Notes: generated from the letters alone by a model not told the origin. DNA of 64,000 bases from Candidatus Parvarchaeota archaeon (GCA_017609605.1 JAFCDO010000001.1:9281-73280), one strand, 5' to 3'; positions 24,419 to 33,232 are shown, counted from the stretch's first letter. Numbers and translations are program-made.

Positions 24419-27400
24419 ACCAAAAAACCTGGCTCACTTTATCACTTATCATCATTCTAGCTGGCTGCACCGCAACGGGTCCATCAAAAACAGAGTCTAA
24501 GCTAAAATCAAACGAAGGAGTCGGAGCCTTAGAATTCAGGGTAGGAACCACCACCCTACTGCCAGCAGGTCAAGAATACGTTGAACTCGTAATCAGGAAT
24601 AACGCTCTCGGAGACGACGCGAAAAACATTGTGGTATCACTGGATAACGTCGCCCCTTTCAAAATAGTGGAATGCGGAGGCGCGTACGAGCCTAACACTT
24701 ACCGAGCGCAATGCCCTAACAACGATTACAATCCATCCACTTTGGACTGCGAGACCGAAGGAAACCCTCGCTCATGCCCTTCAGGCTATTCTCTAAAACT
24801 TGTTGACGGCGAATACGTTTGCCAATCAATAACCGGCTCAAGCTACGCTGATGTCATGTCAGGCATTTGCAGGCCTCACAGCAGTGACCCCTCCTACATT
24901 GGAATGATAATGGACCAGTTCAGGAACGACCCTAACCTCGCGCAACTAGCTTTACAACACCCTAACGAACAATACTTTGTTCAAAAATGTCCTGAAAACT
25001 ATCAATACGTTCCAGTAGAAGAAGCTGGAAGAATACAGTTTTACTGCTACACCCCGTCTTGCGGTCCGGACTCTACCACGTGCGATTCATGGTGCTGCTC
25101 TGACAAGAGTTCAGGAGTTACTTGCGGCGAATCCAACTCGTGCGTCAACATTGGCGGAGAAACAATAAGTCAATCATACTATCCTTGGTATGATGGAATA
25201 ACCCCTTGTTCAGAGAACAGTTATTATTGTGCGACAGACACGCTTGACGCTTCAAGCGTGAGCCAATACACTTGCGACTGCAGGTTTTACGGCTCAGAAT
25301 CCTCCACTGCATTAATCATAAGCGACGACTGCCCCACAAACTGTGCATGCGGGTTCGGGTCAGGAAGAGATCAGGAAGTGAAAATAACAGAATCATCAAT
25401 TGAATGGTGTGAAGGGTTCTACGACATGGATCCAACAGTTACTTACTCGCAAAGAGCGATGAACAAATTACTAGCTGACGACGAGCTTGACGTCTTATGG
25501 TTATTGCAAGCACCTATAGACGTCATGATAAACAATCTTCCTTACGACCATAGAATAAGCTACTCCGTAAATTATGATTACTCGACGAGCGCGACGCAAA
25601 ACGTTATAGCGCTAAGCCAAAGCGAAGTGCAAAGAAAAAAGAGGAGTGGCGAGCAATGGAAAATATCGGGGACTTCCAGCGAGTCTAATAGCGAGGTCGG
25701 CATCCACCCTGAAACCAGTCAACCAATCATATTCCCTGACTCTGGTAACAGTCCCAAATACAACTATGTTTTCAGCGTGCAAAACATTGGAGTAGGATAT
25801 ATTGGAAAAAAACAGGCCATAGTCGTGGTAACTTATCCCCAAGAACTTGACCTTTCAGAAGATGGCTTAGAAAAATATGGTTGGACAAAAGGAGTAATTA
25901 ACGCTGACGCGTTTGTGCAAGGACAATGCATTGAAACTAAAGGGGGAAGCCTGCAGGAATGCGGCAACTTCCTGTGCGAGCCAGGAGAAAACTTCTGCTC
26001 GTGCTCAACTGATTGCAGTCCCGTCCCAGAAGGAAGTGCTTGCTGCAAGGCAACACAGTACGACACTCAAATGTACGCTTGCTGTGACGGAAACCTTTTC
26101 ACTGCTAGTGACGCTCAAGGAAAAGAATGTTGCGGAGGAAGATTCGTTGAAAGCGCTGGGAGTGGAGAAACATTCATTTGTTGTGATGGTAATCCGCGCT
26201 ACGTGACAAGCCCTGACTTCATTTGTTGTGGAAACAATTTTGTAGACCTTAAAGATTATTACCGAACAATGATTGAACCGGGTTGCTGCGGAGGAAGAAT
26301 TGTTGATTTAATGACTGGCGTGTGCGAGGACGGTGTTTACTTAAGAGGAGGAATAACACTGGATTCAACAATCCTTCGCTGGACTCCACTAATCTCTCAC
26401 ACCCTCTTTTTAGACATTCACTCTCTCAGAGAAGTAGAGTACACCGGCCCAATTACTCCACCAGCCACCCCAACTCTTCTTTCATTAACCCCTTCAGATC
26501 CTTTCTACGTGCAAGACGACGAGGGAGAAGAAGACCCTGACCTCGGCGTAAACATTTGGAGCGAAACTGATGGAAAGATTGCAACATCCTGCATTAACCA
26601 AAACGGCAAGCCATTAAGCGCTGTCGACAAATCCGGGGACGGCTTCTTTACAGGCGAGTCAACAACCAAAAATTACTGTCCGACGAGTTGGACGAACCAT
26701 TTGATAAGCATGTACGAAAGCGGTTCAGAAATCACTAGCGCGAACCTAGGGGATTACTCATTATCATTAATATCCAAAGGGCTTACCATAACTTCTCCAG
26801 CCCAAAACCTGGGAGAACTGGTCTTCGTGGTTAACGACTACTTAGAGTTAAAGGCGAAAAACAGTGAAGGAACAATCAAATATTATTACCCTGAAACCAC
26901 GACAACTTATTCGGACTACTTATCAAGCCCTGAAACAGTCAACTGGATGCTAACAAACGATTACACGCCTCCATCCGGTTACTTGCACGTGGACTCAATT
27001 GGAATCTACTTTGACACCGCGTCCGCTTATTCAGGCGTGAAGGCAGTGCACGTCTTAGAAGGGGAAACTGGTTACGTCACGTTCTCATCCACATCCATTG
27101 ATAGTTGCGTGGCCACTGTGTGCGCTCAAGACGAGAACCATTGCTCCATTGAAGGAGAAGAGTGGTGTTGTTCTAACACTTACGAGTCAAGAACAATGGT
27201 TTGCGGGGACGAAGCACTTTCCTGCAAGACCGCCGGGTCTTTTTGTTATGAAGGTGAAGAAACGTGCGGTTCAGGAGTTGACAAGTGGTGCTGCGACTCG
27301 GGATTAGGTTGCGGGGAGGCAGTGAACACTTGTGGTCCTGCGGAAGAACCTGGAAACTCATTAGATCAAATAGCTTATGATATTGGACAAGAAATATTAA

Positions 27401-28380
27401 ACGCGCCGAACTGTGATGGGGACGTTGCCCGCACAACTCTTTCGGAAATTACTTATTACACTTGCAGTGACGTAACAACAATAATCAGTGCTGGCGGGGA
27501 CTGCGATCAAACCTGTTCTCGCGACGAGAATGGTCACAGGTGCTATGTTGGCGTTGACAGCAGGGGTTATTGCTCAACAAGTTATTGCGCGCCAGGGCTT
27601 TGCAACGACGGTGTTTGCAACCCATTAGAGCTCGCTGGCGTCACAGGAATTGGTTGTGAAAACTGGAATTGCCAGGACTTACTGGACAACGGTTTTGACG
27701 ACGATTGGAACGGCTTAACTGATGGGGAAGACGAGCTCGCCGGAGGGAGGGCGGAAGCTTGGGGTCAGGAAAGTCTTTGCGATGGAGTGGACAATGAAGG
27801 AGATGGAATGGTTGACGGGATGGACGGGGAATCAATAAGCAGGGCTTGCCAGGACTACACTGTTGGGTCGTGCGTTAGCGGAGAACAACAATGCGTTAAC
27901 GCTCAATGGAGTGTGTGCGACGCTTTGACTTATGAAGACTGTAATGGTTTGGACGATGACTGCAATGGATTAGTAGATGACGCGACTGACTTTGAAATGT
28001 GCGGTAAAGGAATGATATGTTATCTTGGAAAATGTGAAGCCGTCACTAGTAGTTGCACGTGCCCAGAAGGCTCCGACCTTTTCAGCGATAAATGCATTTC
28101 TTACGGGGCGTGCACGTGCCAGCGGCAGGGAGTGGAGATGACAACTCAGTTAGGCACTAACTCGGTTAGCCAGATAATATCTCCTGAAAGACTTGCTGGA
28201 GGAAGAATATTCATACTTCCATTTACTTTTGGGAACGCGACGGACCCTGGTAGCGAGATGAGAAGTCTTCAGTTCAATAAGATCCCTCAAAAAACGTACA
28301 CTTTTAATATTAAGATTTACTACACTTATGTTATTAGCGGTGACACGAGCGTAAGCGTGGTCCCGCCTAACCTAATATGA
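24415..28380 (+). CDS. Giant (1321 aa) Cys-rich surface lipoprotein
   Basis: Lipobox LIIILAGC. Scaffold strands are shared with the three neighbouring genes. It carries CC-dipeptide repeats, W-C-C modules, CNGLDDDCNGLVDD-type motifs and terminal IKIYYTYVISGDTSVSVV. There is an ATGA overlap upstream. Confidence 0.7.
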   Translation: MNQKTWLTLSLIIILAGCTATGPSKTESKLKSNEGVGALEFRVGTTTLLPAGQEYVELVIRNNALGDDAKNIVVSLDNVAPFKIVECGGAYEPNTYRAQCPNNDYNPSTLDCETEGNPRSCPSGYSLKLVDGEYVCQSITGSSYADVMSGICRPHSSDPSYIGMIMDQFRNDPNLAQLALQHPNEQYFVQKCPENYQYVPVEEAGRIQFYCYTPSCGPDSTTCDSWCCSDKSSGVTCGESNSCVNIGGETISQSYYPWYDGITPCSENSYYCATDTLDASSVSQYTCDCRFYGSESSTALIISDDCPTNCACGFGSGRDQEVKITESSIEWCEGFYDMDPTVTYSQRAMNKLLADDELDVLWLLQAPIDVMINNLPYDHRISYSVNYDYSTSATQNVIALSQSEVQRKKRSGEQWKISGTSSESNSEVGIHPETSQPIIFPDSGNSPKYNYVFSVQNIGVGYIGKKQAIVVVTYPQELDLSEDGLEKYGWTKGVINADAFVQGQCIETKGGSLQECGNFLCEPGENFCSCSTDCSPVPEGSACCKATQYDTQMYACCDGNLFTASDAQGKECCGGRFVESAGSGETFICCDGNPRYVTSPDFICCGNNFVDLKDYYRTMIEPGCCGGRIVDLMTGVCEDGVYLRGGITLDSTILRWTPLISHTLFLDIHSLREVEYTGPITPPATPTLLSLTPSDPFYVQDDEGEEDPDLGVNIWSETDGKIATSCINQNGKPLSAVDKSGDGFFTGESTTKNYCPTSWTNHLISMYESGSEITSANLGDYSLSLISKGLTITSPAQNLGELVFVVNDYLELKAKNSEGTIKYYYPETTTTYSDYLSSPETVNWMLTNDYTPPSGYLHVDSIGIYFDTASAYSGVKAVHVLEGETGYVTFSSTSIDSCVATVCAQDENHCSIEGEEWCCSNTYESRTMVCGDEALSCKTAGSFCYEGEETCGSGVDKWCCDSGLGCGEAVNTCGPAEEPGNSLDQIAYDIGQEILNAPNCDGDVARTTLSEITYYTCSDVTTIISAGGDCDQTCSRDENGHRCYVGVDSRGYCSTSYCAPGLCNDGVCNPLELAGVTGIGCENWNCQDLLDNGFDDDWNGLTDGEDELAGGRAEAWGQESLCDGVDNEGDGMVDGMDGESISRACQDYTVGSCVSGEQQCVNAQWSVCDALTYEDCNGLDDDCNGLVDDATDFEMCGKGMICYLGKCEAVTSSCTCPEGSDLFSDKCISYGACTCQRQGVEMTTQLGTNSVSQIISPERLAGGRIFILPFTFGNATDPGSEMRSLQFNKIPQKTYTFNIKIYYTYVISGDTSVSVVPPNLI

Positions 28381-29417
28381 AAAAAGAAGTTTTGCTAACA
28401 ACATTCATCATTTTAACTAGTGTGGTTATGGCTGGATGCACGCAAACCGAAACGACAAGGAGTGGAGAAGAAGTTGTTCTTGGGAATGGAATGGCAATAC
28501 TGAATTTTACCACCACGCAAACCCACGCTGAACCCAAAGACGAGCTAACATTCGTTCTCACAGTCCAAAACGTTGGGAACCTGCAGGCAAGGCAAGTCTT
28601 CTCAGAAGTCTACGCTTACGGGGAATTGATAAACCTTACTCCCTTGCGTCAGACGACCACGTCACCCAACCTTGACGTTTTTGACAAGGACGAAATAGTT
28701 TGGGACTTTCAAGTGCCTGAAGACCTAGCAGTGTACAATAATTACTACCCTTTTGCCAGGGTTTGTTACGTTTACAACTCAACAGCTTACTCTGACGTGT
28801 TATTTGTTGGCACAAGATGGAATCAAGATATACCTGTGCTGGTTAAAGGTTCTAGCAGGGCGCCGTTAAAAGTGGGTTTTGAAACCAAAGAGCCTTACAA
28901 AGGGGAAAAGCAGGATCAATCATTTGAAGTAACTATAACTAATATTGAAAACGGTTTCGTGGCGAACAACACGAACAAGATAAACGATATCAGTGTTTAC
29001 AATTACGGGAACGAGAATCTCATAACCAAGGTAACCCTGATAATAACTGGGCTGACTGAAGAGTTCTTAAACGCGACAGGGGAGCCGGAAACTCGGACCA
29101 TAATCAATTTCACGGGGTATGATAAGAAATTTAACGAGCCAGGCATTCAGCAAGCGGACTTCAGTTGCGAGATTCAAAGCAGTGATGAAACAGTGCTGGA
29201 AGAGTTTAATCAAGGATTAGTGGAGCCAGGCGCGCAAGTTGTTTGCACTGCGAAAAACGTTAGAATGATGGTCGGCTTGGAGAGAAGCCTCAAAATATTC
29301 TTCAACACCAATCCTGGAAGAAGTGACAGCGAGGTCAGCGGAAGAATAAGAGCAATAATTGATTACAGGTACTGCGTGCAAAGCCCCGCCCTGTCCATTA
29401 CTGCTGAACCTGACTGA
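28377..29417 (+). CDS. Surface lipoprotein; minimal form of the locus scaffold (paralogue of 29461-30333)
   Basis: Lipobox VVMAGC; WDFQVPEDLAVYNNYYPFARVCYVYNSTAYSDVLFVG; terminal SGRIRAIIDYRYCVQSPALSITAEP. Confidence 0.65.
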   Translation: MKKEVLLTTFIILTSVVMAGCTQTETTRSGEEVVLGNGMAILNFTTTQTHAEPKDELTFVLTVQNVGNLQARQVFSEVYAYGELINLTPLRQTTTSPNLDVFDKDEIVWDFQVPEDLAVYNNYYPFARVCYVYNSTAYSDVLFVGTRWNQDIPVLVKGSSRAPLKVGFETKEPYKGEKQDQSFEVTITNIENGFVANNTNKINDISVYNYGNENLITKVTLIITGLTEEFLNATGEPETRTIINFTGYDKKFNEPGIQQADFSCEIQSSDETVLEEFNQGLVEPGAQVVCTAKNVRMMVGLERSLKIFFNTNPGRSDSEVSGRIRAIIDYRYCVQSPALSITAEPD

Positions 29418-29460
29418 AAACTTTTATAAAAGAGCGATTACACTGATTATCATTATTAGA

Positions 29461-30333
29461 ATGAAAGCCCTACCAATAATCGTTTTTCTGACAATGATTA
29501 TCCTGTTAGGTTGCGTTGGAGAACAACCAAAAGGAAAAGGAATTATCATAGACTCTTTTGAAGCGGATTCGGCCTCGTTAAGGCCGGGTGACGAGTTAAC
29601 CATCAACGCCAAAATAACCAATCAAGGCGACGTTGTTGCCGAAAAAATTTATGGCGAGATCCTTAACACCGCTGACCTTAAAGTCACTGGAGGCATGAAA
29701 AAAACTGTTAGCAAACTGCACCCTGAAGAGGACGCAGAGTTCAGCTGGGTCATGCAAATCCCTGAAGACCTTGCTGTCAGGGGCTCGTACATGCCTAAAA
29801 TGAGGTTGTGCTACGTTTACAGAACCATTTCTTATCAAGACGTGTTCGTGGCAGGCAATAACTGGAACGGCGAAGTTCCTGAAATGCTGTCAGGCACTAA
29901 CAGGGGAGTGGTTGACATGTCATTCGAGGTTAATCGTCTTTACGACGAGAAAGAGAATGCTTTTCTAAAAATCAACGTTCATAATGACAAGGTTAAAGGT
30001 TTTGTGGGCAACGACACGATCAGTGATTCTTATTATGGTGCTCCCGAGTACGTGAAAACAGTCGTGCTAACCATTCCTAAGATGGGTGGAAGAATTAACA
30101 TGGAAGGGGTTGAGCAACCCCACTTTGACTGCTTGGAAGGGGTTGACGAGTTCACTTGCACTGCAAGCGATGTTAAACTAATAAGCGGGACTGACAAGAG
30201 TTTAAAAGCGGTTTTTAACGTGGCTCCACTGGACGATTTTGACGAGGCTTCAGGAAGGCTGAACGCTTTCGTTGTTTACAGGTATTGCACGGACTCACAG
30301 CAAATAAGCATTGTAGCCCAACCAAGATATTAA
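29461..30333 (+). CDS. Surface lipoprotein; paralogue of 28377-29417
   Basis: Lipobox IILLGC; SWVMQIPEDLAVRGSYMPKMRLCYVYRTISYQDVFVAG; terminal SGRLNAFVVYRYCTDSQQISIVAQP. The track start at 29359 lies inside the upstream gene. Confidence 0.65.
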   Translation: MKALPIIVFLTMIILLGCVGEQPKGKGIIIDSFEADSASLRPGDELTINAKITNQGDVVAEKIYGEILNTADLKVTGGMKKTVSKLHPEEDAEFSWVMQIPEDLAVRGSYMPKMRLCYVYRTISYQDVFVAGNNWNGEVPEMLSGTNRGVVDMSFEVNRLYDEKENAFLKINVHNDKVKGFVGNDTISDSYYGAPEYVKTVVLTIPKMGGRINMEGVEQPHFDCLEGVDEFTCTASDVKLISGTDKSLKAVFNVAPLDDFDEASGRLNAFVVYRYCTDSQQISIVAQPRY

Positions 30334-31097
30334 CCGATGTATTGCAGGTTTTTTGGAAGAATTTTTTTCTTTATCATGCGCATTCTTTGCTGACTGAACT
30401 TTTCGAACTCTTTGATTTCCTTATCCAACCCTTTAAGACTTATTTTGAGGTTAAAGTATTTCATCAACACTTCCAGGATGGCTCGAGCCGAACGAATCCC
30501 CACGTAACCAGGCGAAGTCAAAGTCTCGGCTAACAAGGAAAAGCCTTTCAAACCGTTAATAGCCCCCCAACCCAACAGCGTTCCCGCTGCCCCAACTATA
30601 ACGCTAACAGTCTTGTTGCCTTCAAAAACCACTCCCAATTTTTTAAGCTCTTTAACATATTTTTTATCAGTTACCGCTGCGTGAACCCTCACTTTCTTAA
30701 CCTGCTTTCTTAAACCGATTCCTCCAAGTGTTAAAATGGTTTTAACCTTGAACGGCTTGCACGCATTAAGTATTTCTTCAGTGAGTTTATGGCTTTTCTG
30801 GTCTTCCATGGGCTGAACGTCGCCGACCAAAAATATCAAATCTTTCTTTCCAACCTTGCTGTGATAGAAATCCACGCAAGGCATGTTCGCAAAATTGTCA
30901 TCGTTCACGAAAACGTAATTGGGCAGGGTTTTTGAGTAAAGAGACATTATTTTTTTAGCTTTCAACTTGTCTATAAGGTAATCAGCGCAAATCCTGGCAA
31001 CATTCCCGATGCCTGGCAAGCCTTCAATAAGGTAAGCGTTACTCGTTTTCGGCTGTTTTCCGTGTTTTATTATCCTCATCTTAATCTGTTTCCTCAA
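30330..31097 (-). CDS. PAC2-family (proteasome assembly chaperone-like, COG1938) protein
   Basis: LIEGLPGIGNVARICADYLIDKL and LIFLVGDVQP...ILTLGGIG. The start is TTG at 31097 or ATG at 31079. Confidence 0.65.
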   Translation of the reverse strand: MRKQIKMRIIKHGKQPKTSNAYLIEGLPGIGNVARICADYLIDKLKAKKIMSLYSKTLPNYVFVNDDNFANMPCVDFYHSKVGKKDLIFLVGDVQPMEDQKSHKLTEEILNACKPFKVKTILTLGGIGLRKQVKKVRVHAAVTDKKYVKELKKLGVVFEGNKTVSVIVGAAGTLLGWGAINGLKGFSLLAETLTSPGYVGIRSARAILEVLMKYFNLKISLKGLDKEIKEFEKFSQQRMRMIKKKILPKNLQYIG

Positions 31098-31234
31098 ACC
31101 TTTTTTTTTCTGTGCTTCGCGTGCCCGTCTTCCTTTAACTTGGCGGGTTCCTTGTTAACAGTTTTTTGACCGCAACCAGGACAATTTTTTTCCAACGTGT
31201 ATTGCAAGCACGACGTACAGTAATGTATCTTCAT
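31094..31234 (-). CDS. nop10: Ribosome biogenesis protein Nop10 (H/ACA RNP); 46 aa, below the ORF-track cutoff
   Basis: My own translation is MKIHYCTSCLQYTLEKNCPGCGQKTVNKEPAKLKEDGHAKHRKKKV (zinc ribbon C..C..YTL...CP.CG). Its ATG overlaps the aIF2-alpha stop (ATGA). The position matches the conserved aIF2a-nop10 archaeal arrangement. Confidence 0.75.
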   Translation of the reverse strand: MKIHYCTSCLQYTLEKNCPGCGQKTVNKEPAKLKEDGHAKHRKKKV

Positions 31235-32007
31235 TTTCTAGTGATTTCTAACTCAATTTTTTCTTCTCTAGCCATTTTTTCCGCCTGCTCTGTCAGTTTG
31301 GCCAATTGCTTCTCCGATTTCTTGTAATCCAATGAAACCAGTCTTAACATGTAATTTGGGGCGCCCAAGTACTCGAAAGAAACTTCTTTGTTAAGTTTTT
31401 TGAGTTCGCTGAAAAAGCTTTTAATTCGTTCCACCCCATCACCTTGTTTGGAGAACACTTTCATATTGGCTTTTATCTCAACTTCTTTTTTCTTGTCAAG
31501 ATCTTGTTCAACGAATTTTTTGAACTCTTCCACCCATTTCTTGCCAACCTTTAATCCTTTGAACGTCTCGTCACCCGTTTCCCGAACGCTGGTGGCGAAC
31601 TCGGATAACGAATCGAAATCTTGAATTATTCTGGATTCCAGGTCTTTAACGTCAGCTTCTTTCATCCCTTGTTTTTTGGCGAGCACATGCAGAAAACTGT
31701 CAATTCTTCTCTCTCTTCTGTACTCATTGATTTTCTTTTTGCTGTCAATTTGAGAAACAATTTTAAGAGAAAGGTCTATGTGCCCTTTGCTAGGGTTGGT
31801 TCGAGTCACTTTGCAAATCATTTTTTTGCCGGGTTTAACATGATCTCGAATGTTTCTTATCCTCCCGTACGCTATTTGGGATATATGAAGCATTCCTTCT
31901 TTCCTCTCGTATTCGTCAAGTGTTAGGAACGCGCTGTGAGAGAAAACTTCTTTAACAGTGCATAAAACTAACTCTTTTGGTTCAGGATAACCTTTTTTTT
32001 TAATCAT
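31231..32007 (-). CDS. eif2a: Translation initiation factor aIF2 alpha subunit
   Basis: S1 domain YPEPKELVLCTVKEVFSHSAFLTLDEYERKEGMLHISQIA. ATG 32007 avoids overlap with rps27e. Confidence 0.85.
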   Translation of the reverse strand: MIKKKGYPEPKELVLCTVKEVFSHSAFLTLDEYERKEGMLHISQIAYGRIRNIRDHVKPGKKMICKVTRTNPSKGHIDLSLKIVSQIDSKKKINEYRRERRIDSFLHVLAKKQGMKEADVKDLESRIIQDFDSLSEFATSVRETGDETFKGLKVGKKWVEEFKKFVEQDLDKKKEVEIKANMKVFSKQGDGVERIKSFFSELKKLNKEVSFEYLGAPNYMLRLVSLDYKKSEKQLAKLTEQAEKMAREEKIELEITRK

Positions 32008-32014
32008 TGCCCGT

Positions 32015-32197
32015 TTACAGAACCTCAACAACTTTTCCTTTTATAACGGATTTTCCGCCTCTAGGTTTAGAGAGTACTTTATCGCACACCAAGCATTTGA
32101 CAGTGCTTGAGGCCTTGCCAAAAATTATTTGCTCGTTCTTGCAAGAACATTTTACTTTTATGAACTTGCTCGTCGGCGTTTTAATAATTTCTTCCAT
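32015..32197 (-). CDS. rps27e: 30S ribosomal protein S27e
   Basis: FIKVKCSCKNEQIIFGKASSTVKCLVCDKVL zinc-ribbon; 60 aa. Confidence 0.9.
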   Translation of the reverse strand: MEEIIKTPTSKFIKVKCSCKNEQIIFGKASSTVKCLVCDKVLSKPRGGKSVIKGKVVEVL

Positions 32198-32209
32198 AAT
32201 CTTTTTTTT

Positions 32210-32503
32210 TCACTCCATTTCGAATTTCTTTGCCCTGAAGCCTCGCTTGCTTATAGTTTTCTTCTTACAAACAGGGCACTCGTACTTTAAAGCCACTTTC
32301 TTAGTGTTTTTTGAGCCATACCTGTTGCCTTTCTCTATTTTCGGGTATGGAAAACCGCCATAACCTTTTTTAATCTTGGCAAGTTTTCTTCTGCCCTTGC
32401 CGAGCTTACCTCTATTACCACTCGTTTTCTCTCTACTCACTTTTTGCTCAGTGTTTTTCTTACATTTAGGGCAGTATCTTTTTTGTTTCTTAGGCATCTT
32501 CAT
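32210..32503 (-). CDS. rpl44e: 50S ribosomal protein L44e (eL42)
   Basis: MKMPKKQKRYCPKCKKNTEQKV...GYGG...YECPVCKKK. Confidence 0.9.
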   Translation of the reverse strand: MKMPKKQKRYCPKCKKNTEQKVSREKTSGNRGKLGKGRRKLAKIKKGYGGFPYPKIEKGNRYGSKNTKKVALKYECPVCKKKTISKRGFRAKKFEME

Positions 32504-32584
32504 TTTAGATTAAATTGGGTTGGTAACCCTTTTTAAGAGTATTCCTTTAAAAAAGTTTTTGAAAAAATAAAAGACTCTTTTTGG

Positions 32585-33199
32585 TCAAGCTTTTTCCATT
32601 TGTTTTCCTGCAACAGCTTTTTTCTGGGCGAGCAGGAATTTAGCGAGTTCTAAAGGCACTTCCACGGAATCTCCTTCGTCGAACGGGCCATACTTGTTGG
32701 AGTCCTTCCACAAGAACTCCGGAACGCTTGACAGCAACGTGATTGCCTGGGTTAAAGGTTCATCGCTGACCAGTTCTTTCTGGACGAACTGTCCTGCGAG
32801 CAATGGGTAAAAACACTCTTTCCTGTACTTAGATATCGCTTCGAAAATGTTTTTGTAAATCCCTTTCTCTAAAGGAAGCATGTTTAAAACGTTTTCCGCA
32901 GGGACTCCTGCCCTAGCGTCCATAAGACCTTGAAGCATTATCTTGCTTTCCCTGCGCTCCATTATATCTTTCAGCACTCTCTGCGCGTTGCTGACCTCAT
33001 TGTTTATCTTATTGCCCATATCAACTGAAAACCTGTTTCCATCACCTATAGTTTTCTGCAACAATTCTTTTTTCTTGTCAAGGTAAGAACTAACCTTTTT
33101 CAAGAAATCAGGTTCCAATGGTTGAAGTGAACGGTTGATTCGCTCTTTTCTCTGAATGTTTCTTAACTCTTCATACGTTAAAATGTCTTCTTCACCCAT
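32585..33199 (-). CDS. GINS subunit (Gins51/Gins15-type)
   Basis: N-terminal LTYEELRNIQRKER..LQPLEPDFLKKV and C-terminal VPEFLWKDSNKYGPFDEGDSVEVPLELAKFLL. It lies next to the primase gene, as in many archaea. Confidence 0.6.
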   Translation of the reverse strand: MGEEDILTYEELRNIQRKERINRSLQPLEPDFLKKVSSYLDKKKELLQKTIGDGNRFSVDMGNKINNEVSNAQRVLKDIMERRESKIMLQGLMDARAGVPAENVLNMLPLEKGIYKNIFEAISKYRKECFYPLLAGQFVQKELVSDEPLTQAITLLSSVPEFLWKDSNKYGPFDEGDSVEVPLELAKFLLAQKKAVAGKQMEKA

Positions 33200-33232
33200 G
33201 CTTTGAAAGAAGCCGCGCAGGTTTTATTAATT

